From the IMG/VR virus record IMGVR_UViG_3300025084_000012, positions 15,125-79,124 of that record: a stretch of DNA of 64,000 bases; one strand, written 5' to 3'. Positions 1-8,184 of this stretch are shown here, piece by piece; within the stretch, counting starts at the first letter, position 1; each line of letters begins with the position of its first letter. The position numbers and the translations under genes were made by a program. The stretch is from a virus (Duplodnaviria > Caudoviricetes). The notes beneath the pieces are model-generated. The model worked only from the letters and a program-made list of their open reading frames with translations, did no database searches and was not told where the DNA came from.

Positions 1-46
1 GGGGAACTTGTTGCATGAGAGTTCAGACTGAGGAGTATGAGGAAGA

Positions 47-226
47 ATGATTGGAAGTGTGTGGATTAACAAGCACATGAATAAACGTGCTCGCATTGTA
101 GCAGAGCCACTCGTTACTGTCTTTGAACTTGAGTATGAAGATGATACTATCGCAAACCAAAGATGGTCAGCAGGTGACTTACACAAGCATTGGCTTCGTG
201 CTGACATGGTTCTTGAGGAGGAATGA
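47..226 (+). CDS. small hypothetical protein (59 aa, not in ORF track)
   Basis: Translated by hand as MIGSVWINKH...DMVLEEE*. Its stop overlaps the ATG at 223 (ATGA coupling). Confidence 0.55.
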   Translation: MIGSVWINKHMNKRARIVAEPLVTVFELEYEDDTIANQRWSAGDLHKHWLRADMVLEEE

Positions 227-489
227 GTATGACTGAGAAAACTGTATGGCAATCGAGTAGCCTTGAGGCTAAATGGAAAGATGGCAGAGGTGATGTCAGG
301 CTGGCACAAGTTAGTTTCTATGGCAAGGATTGGATTGACCTACGCATACTTCGTGATGGTAAGCAACACACAAGACACGGAGTACGCTTGTCTATAGAAC
401 AGGCTACTGAGATGCTACCACGTCTCATAGAAGCAATCGAAAGTGCGAAGGCTAACGAAGAACAGAAGGAAAGAACCGACGACTCTTGA
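223..489 (+). CDS. PC4/YdbC-family ssDNA-binding protein
   Basis: VRLAQVSFYGKDWIDLRILRDGKQHTRHGVRLSIEQ matches the PC4 pattern V.V..F.GK..IDIR....G..T.KGISL..EQ. Confidence 0.75.
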   Translation: MSMTEKTVWQSSSLEAKWKDGRGDVRLAQVSFYGKDWIDLRILRDGKQHTRHGVRLSIEQATEMLPRLIEAIESAKANEEQKERTDDS

Positions 490-512
490 AGTTGATATAT
501 AAAGGAACAGTA
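489..512 (+). promoter_or_regulatory. conserved viral promoter motif, copy 1
   Basis: AAGTTGATATATAAAGGAACAGTA contains TATATAAA; ATG 524 lies 11 nt downstream. Confidence 0.85.
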
Positions 513-523
513 AAACACTCTTC

Positions 524-751
524 ATGGAAAGAGCAACATCAGTTAGCCATGTTGAGTACGAAGTCATTAGTTGGCTTCGTGACAACATCGACATCAGAGA
601 ATTAGAACAAGCGATGGTTAATGACGAAGTGACAAAGAAGCGATGGTCTACTGGTGTAGCCAATGTTTGTTCCCTATTGGACAACATGTGCAGTAGACGA
701 GTACACAAGTTACCAAAGACACACACAGAATACAAGGAGAAATCAAAATGA
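524..751 (+). CDS. hypothetical protein
   Basis: 75-aa ORF directly behind promoter copy 1. Confidence 0.7.
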   Translation: MERATSVSHVEYEVISWLRDNIDIRELEQAMVNDEVTKKRWSTGVANVCSLLDNMCSRRVHKLPKTHTEYKEKSK

Positions 752-882
752 AATGCGATATGTGTAGATATAATGGAATGGAATCTAAAGGACTTCGATG
801 TGGTAAGTACAATGTATGTAGCCCATGCATTGACAAGTCCATTGAGGCGAGAATGTTTTTGATAGGGAGAGATAAACAATGA
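748..882 (+). CDS. small Zn-finger protein (44 aa, not in ORF track)
   Basis: MKCDMC...VCSPC... has two CxxC pairs and ATGA overlaps on both sides. Confidence 0.65.
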   Translation: MKCDMCRYNGMESKGLRCGKYNVCSPCIDKSIEARMFLIGRDKQ

Positions 883-1424
883 ACATATTTGTATTAGATA
901 GAAACCCAATTACTGCGGCACGTATGCATTGCGACAAGCACGTTCCCAAGATGTGCGTAGAAGCGGCACAGATGATGGCATCAGCCCTTCACAGGCACGA
1001 TGTACCTCATGATTCAATGCCCCTTACCAAGAGTGGTACAATGTACAAAGGTGGCTACAAGCATCACCCATGTACAGTATGGGCAGGTGAAACTCGTACC
1101 AACTTCTTGTGGCTTGGAGTACATGCTGTTACATTGTGTAACGAGTACAGCCAACGCTTCGGCAAAGAACATGCCTGTAACCAACCCATCCTACGGATGA
1201 TGGAACTACATCATGTCATCCCTGATGACGGGCTAACACAGTTTGCATTGGCTATGCCTGATGAGTACAGACCTGAACCTGTCGATGGTGAGATTGTATA
1301 CCATGCTTATCCTAAGTTTGCTATCGAAGCATACCGTCGCTATTACCATTCCAAGCAGTTCGCCAAGTGGGAGAAGGGTACACCTGCTCCCGACTGGTGG
1401 CGAGGCGTGGAGGTGACGGCGTGA
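879..1424 (+). CDS. pyrimidine-dimer DNA glycosylase (DenV-like family)
   Basis: MNIFVLD.NP..AA..HCDKHV.KM..E.AQ and HHPCTVW..E...N..WL signatures. Confidence 0.75.
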   Translation: MNIFVLDRNPITAARMHCDKHVPKMCVEAAQMMASALHRHDVPHDSMPLTKSGTMYKGGYKHHPCTVWAGETRTNFLWLGVHAVTLCNEYSQRFGKEHACNQPILRMMELHHVIPDDGLTQFALAMPDEYRPEPVDGEIVYHAYPKFAIEAYRRYYHSKQFAKWEKGTPAPDWWRGVEVTA

Positions 1425-1425
1425 A
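1405..1425 (+). repeat. 21-nt direct repeat, copy 1 (GCGTGGAGGTGACGGCGTGAA)
   Basis: Identical to 2031..2051; contains the RBS, the upstream stop and the downstream GTG start. Confidence 0.9.
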
Positions 1426-2050
1426 ATCGAAGAAGGTACTGAATCTGTATGCAGGTATCGGAGGTAATCGAAGAGGATGGAGTGACGACTATGATGTTAC
1501 TGCTGTTGAATATGATGCCGAAATTGCTAAGGCTTATGCTGAAAATTTCCCTGATGACGAAGTGGTTGTTGGCGATGCTCACGAATACCTACTCGCCCAT
1601 TATCACGAGTTCGATTTCATTTGGGCTTCACCACCATGTCCGACGCATTCACAATACCGATTCAATATAGGTGTACGTGCGAAGGGCTACGCCCCAGTCG
1701 TTCCCGACATGACGAGCCTGTACGGACTCATCACATTCCTCAAGCACCACTACGAGGGCGCTTGGGCTGTCGAGAATGTCAGACCATACTATGAACCCCT
1801 GATTGAACCTACGGCTCGTGTTGGTCGTCATGAAGTGTGGGCTTCGTTCCCACTTAGCAACCTGAAAATAAAAAGTAATGGTATGAGGGAAAACAATAAG
1901 ATTACTCAAGCACAACAAGCGAATGGTTTTGATATTTCACATACTAAAATAAAAAATAAACGACAAGCGTTGAGAAACTGTACTCACGCCGAAGTAGGTT
2001 CTCACATCATTAAAGGATGGGAAGCCGATAGCGTGGAGGTGACGGCGTGA
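1421..2050 (+). CDS. short C5-cytosine DNA methyltransferase (209 aa)
   Basis: Motif I LYAGIGG, motif IV WASPPC, motif VI VENV. The GTG start at 1421 follows GGAGGTGA (the track start at 1367 is probably too early). Confidence 0.8.
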   Translation: MKSKKVLNLYAGIGGNRRGWSDDYDVTAVEYDAEIAKAYAENFPDDEVVVGDAHEYLLAHYHEFDFIWASPPCPTHSQYRFNIGVRAKGYAPVVPDMTSLYGLITFLKHHYEGAWAVENVRPYYEPLIEPTARVGRHEVWASFPLSNLKIKSNGMRENNKITQAQQANGFDISHTKIKNKRQALRNCTHAEVGSHIIKGWEADSVEVTA

Positions 2051-2051
2051 A
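2031..2051 (+). repeat. 21-nt direct repeat, copy 2
   Basis: Identical to 1405..1425. Confidence 0.9.
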
Positions 2052-3078
2052 GATTAGGAATGCATTAGGATTATTCGATGGTACATCCTGTGGCCGACTG
2101 GCTTTGAAACGAGCAGGTATCGCATTAGATAACTACTACTCGTCTGAGATAGACAAGTATGCTATTCAAATCGCTGATAAGAACTACCCTGATAACATAC
2201 GGTTAGGCGACGTTCTCAATTGGCGTGACTGGGATTTAGAAGACGTTGATTTAATCACTGCTGGCTCTCCGTGTCAGGGTTTCTCGGCGGCTGGTAAGAA
2301 ACTTAATTTTGAAGACCCTCGTAGTAAACTGTTCTTCGAGTTCGTGGATATTCTTAATCACTACAAGCCAAAGTATTTCTTACTTGAGAATGTAAAAATG
2401 AAAGGAGAGTGGCGAAACATCATCACCGAATACTTAGGTGTCGAACCCATTCTAATCAACTCCAACTTAGTGTCAGCACAAAACAGACCTCGTTACTACT
2501 GGACAAACATACCTAACATTCAGCAACCTGACGACAAACTAATTTTTCTTGAGGATGTTCTTGAGGATGATGTTGGTGAAGAGTATCACCTAACGACAAA
2601 ATGGAAAGCGTGGTGGAACAAGAACAAAGACTTTCAAATCAAAAAGAAATACTCTGACGTAAATCCTGACAAGGCAATTTGTATGACTGCTCGACAGTAC
2701 GCAAACTGGAATGGGACTTTCGTAACCGTCCCGTTTGCTATGACGGAAAGAAGGACTGAAGAATCTAAGAGAATCAGAAGAGAGTATCAGAAGAAACACG
2801 GAAGAGACTTCTCTCCAAGAAGAGGTAAGAAATTAGTACCAAGAAGCGACGGGAAGATGAATTGCTTAACAGCGACTTACTCTCTCAAAGAGCATACAGT
2901 CCTCGACAATCAAACTGTATACAGAAAACTAACTCCTATTGAGTGTGAAAGGCTACAGACTTTACCTGATGACTATACGCTTGGTGTTTCTAATTCACAA
3001 CGATACAAGATGTTAGGTAACGGTTGGACTGTTGATGTGATAGCCCATATCTTCAGACACATGGAGATGGAAGAATGA
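2047..3078 (+). CDS. C5-cytosine DNA methyltransferase
   Basis: LFDG motif I, GSPCQGFS motif IV, LENV VI, QNRPR VIII, RKLTPIECERLQ IX, RYKMLGNGW X. Confidence 0.93.
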   Translation: MKIRNALGLFDGTSCGRLALKRAGIALDNYYSSEIDKYAIQIADKNYPDNIRLGDVLNWRDWDLEDVDLITAGSPCQGFSAAGKKLNFEDPRSKLFFEFVDILNHYKPKYFLLENVKMKGEWRNIITEYLGVEPILINSNLVSAQNRPRYYWTNIPNIQQPDDKLIFLEDVLEDDVGEEYHLTTKWKAWWNKNKDFQIKKKYSDVNPDKAICMTARQYANWNGTFVTVPFAMTERRTEESKRIRREYQKKHGRDFSPRRGKKLVPRSDGKMNCLTATYSLKEHTVLDNQTVYRKLTPIECERLQTLPDDYTLGVSNSQRYKMLGNGWTVDVIAHIFRHMEMEE

Positions 3079-3383
3079 GTTACACACCAACGGTGTTGCA
3101 CACCAGCATAGATGGAATTGGTTACTTGTGCGGTGCAGAGCGAATAGACTCATGGCATGAAAGATGTATGAGTGATAGGTTCGCCAAGTCTCTACCAAAA
3201 TGCGAGGACTGTGAAGAAGTGAAGAACCAAAGGTTCGGTGTTGATACAAAGGTAGCACTGAAGAAAGAGATGAGTCGGCGTATGGCTGGTGGTGACCGTA
3301 TAGGTAAGTCACCTGACATGGAAAGACCAGCCCCTATACCGAACAGTCGCACAGTTGTCAGTGACTACAGGAGGGATGCTTGA
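3075..3383 (+). CDS. hypothetical Cys/His-containing protein
   Basis: 102-aa ORF coupled on both sides; CEDC motif. Confidence 0.6.
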   Translation: MSYTPTVLHTSIDGIGYLCGAERIDSWHERCMSDRFAKSLPKCEDCEEVKNQRFGVDTKVALKKEMSRRMAGGDRIGKSPDMERPAPIPNSRTVVSDYRRDA

Positions 3384-3889
3384 TGTCCTACAGTGTTGAG
3401 TGCATTAAGTGTAACCTTCCATTTACAAAGAGGTCGATGAAATCTAAGCAAAAGGTTTGTCACGATTGTCTTTACGATAACACATTCACAACCATACAGA
3501 ACGCTCGTTACAATTCTATAAATCAAGAGATGAGTAAGGAAGAGTTACTCGCTAAAATCAACGTCATGGATGAGAAGATGGACACAGTAGCACAAACAAT
3601 TGAGACGCTGGTTAAAGATTCAGTCAAGAAGGAAGTTGATGTCGCATCACTGGAACACGGTGACGCATTCATTGACTTAAAAGCCAGCATCGTTTCTATG
3701 CAAAAGGAGCACGAGGAGAAGATAATGACGCTACTCGCTACAGTGAACTCTCGTATGGTGTCTCTTGAGAAGAGAGTAACCGATAGAGTCACCCTAATCA
3801 GGCAGAAGATTAGAGAACTCAGACATGAGGCGAGGCAACGCAAATGGTCTATCACAGAAGAAGGATGGACTATGACAACTAAATTGTAA
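3380..3889 (+). CDS. Zn-ribbon plus coiled-coil protein
   Basis: N-terminal CIKC...CHDC followed by a heptad-rich helical region. Confidence 0.65.
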   Translation: MMSYSVECIKCNLPFTKRSMKSKQKVCHDCLYDNTFTTIQNARYNSINQEMSKEELLAKINVMDEKMDTVAQTIETLVKDSVKKEVDVASLEHGDAFIDLKASIVSMQKEHEEKIMTLLATVNSRMVSLEKRVTDRVTLIRQKIRELRHEARQRKWSITEEGWTMTTKL

Positions 3890-3911
3890 GTTGATATATA
3901 AAGCAACAGTA
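3888..3911 (+). promoter_or_regulatory. conserved viral promoter motif, copy 2
   Basis: AAGTTGATATATAAAGCAACAGTA, 1 mismatch to consensus, intergenic. Confidence 0.85.
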
Positions 3912-3930
3912 AGAATACAGAGTAAGAGGA

Positions 3931-4500
3931 ATGAATATGGAATGGACAGATGGAACAGGTAAAGCACTAAGCAAGTTAGCAAGTGAATTGACGAAGCAAG
4001 AGAAGAAGAGGCGTGACCCTAAACAGGAATACTACGCTGACCCTCAACTCTATGTCATGGACTTGAAGAGTGGGGCGGCTATGTTGATTGAGACAGACAA
4101 AGAGAACACCAAAGGTAAGACACATGGTAGAGGTTATCGAAAGTGTGCTGAGGTTCAGCAACGGATGCCAGCCAAGTTCCCAAAGAAGAATGTCATGGCT
4201 CGTCTACTGGCTATGGCTATTCGTAACTTCGTACCCACAGAAACTGACCCAGCACACTACAGCGTTGTGGTTGAGAATGCAATCAAGGACATAGCAAAGA
4301 TGCTTACCAATGATTCCGAATGGAACATTGAAGAAGAGAAGCACTCAGCGGCACTCAATAAGGCCATCGACAAACTGATGGATGAAACAATCAGCACTCG
4401 TGCTGGTGACACACTACTCAATGTTATCTTCACTGAGGTAGACACAGCCATGATGGATGTCTCCGCTATCAAGGAGAACAAACAAGAGGTGGTATTGTGA
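3931..4500 (+). CDS. hypothetical protein
   Basis: 189-aa ORF after promoter copy 2 with a purine-rich RBS. Confidence 0.7.
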   Translation: MNMEWTDGTGKALSKLASELTKQEKKRRDPKQEYYADPQLYVMDLKSGAAMLIETDKENTKGKTHGRGYRKCAEVQQRMPAKFPKKNVMARLLAMAIRNFVPTETDPAHYSVVVENAIKDIAKMLTNDSEWNIEEEKHSAALNKAIDKLMDETISTRAGDTLLNVIFTEVDTAMMDVSAIKENKQEVVL

Positions 4501-4697
4501 AATACCCAACATTGGTTATTCAACTAACGAGTGACTCAGGTGTGCCTATTGACATGCCTAATGACTGGCTTGAAAGTGTCATGCAAATATCGAGTATGCT
4601 TCATAGCAAATACAGATGCGGCATTGATGTCTTGTATGGTGAGGCGACTAAAGAAGGATTCAACATCATAGAAAAAGAGGTGAACAAGAATGATTGA
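4497..4697 (+). CDS. hypothetical protein
   Basis: 66 aa, GTGA-coupled to the upstream ORF. Confidence 0.6.
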   Translation: MKYPTLVIQLTSDSGVPIDMPNDWLESVMQISSMLHSKYRCGIDVLYGEATKEGFNIIEKEVNKND

Positions 4698-4974
4698 CAC
4701 AGACAAATACGAAGGACACACAGAAGGAGAATGGTGGTATGTTGATTTCACTAACTGCCCTAACGGGTCTAAGGACTCATACATTATGAGCAATACTGGA
4801 AAGGTATTTCAGAATCTCACAGGTTCCTTGTTGCCTGACGAATTGCTCATAGCAGACGCACCACTACTGCTCGCAGAAGTCAAGCGGTTGCGACAAGTGG
4901 TTACTGACTTGTTGCTTGAGTTTAACATAGGTTCGTCGTCTTACTGGAGAAGAATAGAGGAGGATTTGAATTGA
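4690..4974 (+). CDS. MIDTDKYEGH paralog 1
   Basis: Shared N-terminal MIDTDKYEGH and IADAPLLL.E..RLR blocks. Confidence 0.8.
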   Translation: MIDTDKYEGHTEGEWWYVDFTNCPNGSKDSYIMSNTGKVFQNLTGSLLPDELLIADAPLLLAEVKRLRQVVTDLLLEFNIGSSSYWRRIEEDLN

Positions 4975-5285
4975 TTGACACAGACAAGTACGAAGGACAT
5001 ACGGAAAGACCGTGGGAGATTCATGGAGAGCGCATCTGTGCTCAAGACGCTTGCGAAGTAGGGAATGTAGGTGGTGAAATTGCGACTCTAAATCCTAAAA
5101 TTGACACTCGTTTTTGGTTGCCTAACTCTCAACTCATAGCAGACGCACCACTTCTCCTTGAAGAAATCAAGCGGTTGCGTGAAGGTATCAAGGAGTTGGC
5201 GGAAAGTTGGACTAACCGAAAAGTTGGAAGACCAAGTGACCTACTTGTACTTGCGGCAAATGAGTTGAAGAGGTTGATTGAATGA
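4971..5285 (+). CDS. MIDTDKYEGH paralog 2
   Basis: Same conserved blocks; TTG start. Confidence 0.8.
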   Translation: MIDTDKYEGHTERPWEIHGERICAQDACEVGNVGGEIATLNPKIDTRFWLPNSQLIADAPLLLEEIKRLREGIKELAESWTNRKVGRPSDLLVLAANELKRLIE

Positions 5286-5560
5286 TTGACACAGACAAAT
5301 ACGAAGGACATAGTGAAGGTGAATGGAAAGTAGGCGCACGAAAAGGTGCTATGACTGTGAGGGATTCTAACGGTGAAGAAATAGCGGCAACCAATTCTTA
5401 TTCAAACGCACGAATCATGGCCGACGCACCACTTCTCCTTGCAGAAGTCGAACGATTGCGTGGAGTCCTCTTGCGAATTATTGATACTGCTAAAGGAAAA
5501 CCATTCATAAGCGGACACATTAATTCAATTGTAGCAGAGGTTTTCAAGGAGTTGATTTGA
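5282..5560 (+). CDS. MIDTDKYEGH paralog 3
   Basis: Same conserved blocks; NARIMADAPLLL. Confidence 0.8.
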   Translation: MIDTDKYEGHSEGEWKVGARKGAMTVRDSNGEEIAATNSYSNARIMADAPLLLAEVERLRGVLLRIIDTAKGKPFISGHINSIVAEVFKELI

Positions 5561-5809
5561 ATGAACGACCACCAAGATAGTGAGAACTTCTCTTACGAGA
5601 GAACATGGGAAGAGATTGAGACTATGCTCAACGATGCTGAGCGAAAACAGAACAAGCATCTCTTGGCTCTTCACAATCTTGCACTCACGAAAGAAGAAAA
5701 GGTTCAGCACATGAGAGATTACAAAGGGCTACAGGGAGTCATCTATGGACTTCGCTGGGTGCTTGGAGACATGAAGATGTCAAGAAAGAAGGTGTTAGGA
5801 GATGAGTGA
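5561..5809 (+). CDS. hypothetical helical protein
   Basis: 82-aa ORF in a coupled gene string. Confidence 0.65.
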   Translation: MNDHQDSENFSYERTWEEIETMLNDAERKQNKHLLALHNLALTKEEKVQHMRDYKGLQGVIYGLRWVLGDMKMSRKKVLGDE

Positions 5810-6140
5810 TAAAGCAGAGATAGTTGCTCGTACCGTAGAGACGCACGCTGGTGTAGATAGAGGTATGCAACTGGCATTGGCTATGGGTTTGAAAGGAGGC
5901 GAGTACGCTTCCGCTAAGGCTCTGTCAATCAAGGTAGCAGGTGATGATAGATGGATGAATCAGAGAAGCCCACACGGGTTGATGGTTGATTGTCTCTATC
6001 TATGCGCTAAGCGTAAAGGTATCAAGACCAGCGCTGTTAAGGTTCGTAACCTGTCGTTTCAGATATTAGGTGTGGGTACACAACCAAGACCTAATGGTTG
6101 GCAAGGCGAGTTCACAGATTTAATCGAGGGGTTGCTATGA
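5802..6140 (+). CDS. single cyclin-fold TFB/TFIIB-like protein
   Basis: ALAMGL...AKAL...RSPHGL...LYLCA..KG aligns by eye with the TFB cyclin repeat (CSELGL...AIEI...KSPTGL...IYIAS..LG). Confidence 0.6.
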   Translation: MSDKAEIVARTVETHAGVDRGMQLALAMGLKGGEYASAKALSIKVAGDDRWMNQRSPHGLMVDCLYLCAKRKGIKTSAVKVRNLSFQILGVGTQPRPNGWQGEFTDLIEGLL

Positions 6141-7393
6141 CAAAGTTCGCATTACTCGCTGACATACATGAGCAACTACGCTTAGGTAAAGCACCAGTTA
6201 CTCAACTGGCTCGACTGACAACACTTGAGGACACACTGGCTCTTTATCGTCTGTTCTACATCGACCAATTACCGACTGACCCATTCAAACTCATCGCTTA
6301 TGAAGCAGCATTGTTTTATGATGTGGTCAAGGATATGTTACCTGAAGAAGAGACGTGGATGGCTCTTGCATCTGAGAGTGCAAACTCAGGCTCACGAGAT
6401 TTCGACCTCTCTTATGTTGAAGCGTTGCTTCAATCATCCAAGTCTTTCACAGAAGTGGCACACAAATTTAACGAGAAAGAAGCACGTCTACTTTGGCGAT
6501 GGTGCATTAAAGATTCACCAGTCATAACAAAGAGAGCATTCTTTGGAGCACTTGCTCGTATTCATGCAGTTCCGAATGAAGCCATGACACGCAACATGAC
6601 ATCGGAGACTCTCACCAAGTTGTTCAGAGACAAAGAGAGCCTTAGTGTGAATCTACGATGGTCTGAGTATGATTGGTTTCCCTCACCTATGCGATGGAAA
6701 GCATACACTTCACTCGCTCCTCCTGAAGAGAATCACTTGGCTGTAGTTGTTCCCAAAGGTGACATTATATATCTTCACAACCATGTCGTGCGAGACAGGA
6801 TGGGAAGGAAGATAGGTAGGCATGGCTACAGTGCCAACTATCTCTACGAAGCAGTGCGATGTCCCGATAGCGGTGTTGAAACAATCATAGACAGAGTGAA
6901 AATACGTTCACCCCTTGAGACTTTTGTAACTCGTGTGGGGGGTGAGCATGGGAGTGGCTACATGTCCACTGACAGCAACTGGGATGACATTGTTCGTGAA
7001 TTGCAGTCACCTGATGTAAGATGCATTCGACTCATCAAACCTAATCAAGAGTTCAAACCTGATGCTATTGGTGGCTATGTAATGCACGCTGACCGAACTA
7101 AGGTCTTCCTAAGAGTAGATTACAAAGTTAATGGTTTCGGAACACTACAGGCTCTCGATGGTATTGATGACTTTGTAGACATGACAGCAGCGTTTCCTCT
7201 TCCTGATGAGTTAAAGAATCCACTCGACATCGAGTGTGCTGTGGCTGAGATAGCAGCAGTGCGAGTCGGAGGAAGACATGGTTGGGAGATGGTTATACTA
7301 ACCGATTATACAGTCATTAAACTGAGGACTGACTTGGGTATCAAAGACGTGACTCAGTACGTTGAACTGGTGGCAAGGAGTGGTGTAGAATGA
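6137..7393 (+). CDS. degenerate ATP-dependent DNA ligase-like protein
   Basis: Ligase-like N-terminal helical domain, FPSPM in place of PML, PKGDII in place of KxDGxR, RLIKPNQEFKP in place of motif IV/V. Start ATG 6137. Confidence 0.5.
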   Translation: MTKFALLADIHEQLRLGKAPVTQLARLTTLEDTLALYRLFYIDQLPTDPFKLIAYEAALFYDVVKDMLPEEETWMALASESANSGSRDFDLSYVEALLQSSKSFTEVAHKFNEKEARLLWRWCIKDSPVITKRAFFGALARIHAVPNEAMTRNMTSETLTKLFRDKESLSVNLRWSEYDWFPSPMRWKAYTSLAPPEENHLAVVVPKGDIIYLHNHVVRDRMGRKIGRHGYSANYLYEAVRCPDSGVETIIDRVKIRSPLETFVTRVGGEHGSGYMSTDSNWDDIVRELQSPDVRCIRLIKPNQEFKPDAIGGYVMHADRTKVFLRVDYKVNGFGTLQALDGIDDFVDMTAAFPLPDELKNPLDIECAVAEIAAVRVGGRHGWEMVILTDYTVIKLRTDLGIKDVTQYVELVARSGVE

Positions 7394-7704
7394 GTAAATT
7401 TGTCAGAACACACAAGGGCTTGCGAAGGCGTTGGACACTTGACTTGATACGAGGAGGGCGTAAACTGGCATTAACTGATGATGGTAGAACTATATTCGGT
7501 AAAATGTATACTTACAAGAACAGGGATTTGATGGCTAAGGTGTCATCAAATCGCACCTTCAATGGTCGCTTGTATCTTATTGATGATGTGCATTCAACGA
7601 AAGACGGAGCAGAATACTATGCAAAGGCTCATCGGTATGAAGGCCGAAAGGCTCGTATCATTCCGAGTAAGTATGGTTACATCTTGTATGTGAGGTTGGA
7701 ATAA
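7390..7704 (+). CDS. basic hypothetical protein
   Basis: 104-aa Arg/Lys-rich ORF, coupled. Confidence 0.65.
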   Translation: MSKFVRTHKGLRRRWTLDLIRGGRKLALTDDGRTIFGKMYTYKNRDLMAKVSSNRTFNGRLYLIDDVHSTKDGAEYYAKAHRYEGRKARIIPSKYGYILYVRLE

Positions 7705-8144
7705 TGACGATGCAAACAAATGACAAGACAGGATTCGGTATTGGCTTAGGCTACATGCTCGGCCAACTCAAGTTCAATACCTATGTAAGTAAAGACTCAC
7801 AAGCAAAGGTGGGTTACAGGGTTAGGCGCTCTGTTGTATGGCGTGACCCTCTACCATTACACATCATTCCCTATGTTGAACAGGTGTTAGACATAGGTGA
7901 TTTTCTTGCTCATGAGTTTGACATGCAGGGGTTCACATCCAACAGAGCACAGAAGAGACTACACCTTCTCCTACAGACTCTCAATAAAGAATACCCTATT
8001 CTCAATGCCTTCGCTGATAACATAGGCTACCACATGTGGACATTCGTGTATGACAATCCCCCGCCTAATGACTATGAGATGTTTCTCTCGTGGGCTAAGG
8101 CATACGATGATGAGTACGAACAACTATCTCTTGAAGAGGACTAA
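7704..8144 (+). CDS. degenerate LAGLIDADG-like protein
   Basis: LGYMLGQLKFNTYVSKDSQAKVGYRV and KEYPIL resemble LAGF.DGEGCF.V.I.K....K.GY.V and KYPL; the acidic catalytic residue is absent. Confidence 0.4.
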   Translation: MTMQTNDKTGFGIGLGYMLGQLKFNTYVSKDSQAKVGYRVRRSVVWRDPLPLHIIPYVEQVLDIGDFLAHEFDMQGFTSNRAQKRLHLLLQTLNKEYPILNAFADNIGYHMWTFVYDNPPPNDYEMFLSWAKAYDDEYEQLSLEED

Positions 8145-8149
8145 TTCTG

Positions 8150-8173
8150 AAGTTGATATATAAAGGAACAGTA
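8150..8173 (+). promoter_or_regulatory. conserved viral promoter motif, copy 3
   Basis: Exact AAGTTGATATATAAAGGAACAGTA; ATG 8185 lies 11 nt downstream. Confidence 0.85.
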
Positions 8174-8184
8174 GGATGATATTT

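Noticed and set aside
1367-1420. Track-proposed N-terminal extensions (1367, 6098, 9096, 17669, 18659, 20935)
   Set aside because: Downstream starts have an RBS, promoter spacing or stop-start coupling. The 18659 extension runs through the promoter motif.
4690-5560. Diversity-generating retroelement TR/VR pair
   Set aside because: There is no reverse transcriptase in the window. Differences are not adenine-specific, and the variable parts are non-homologous and differ in length.
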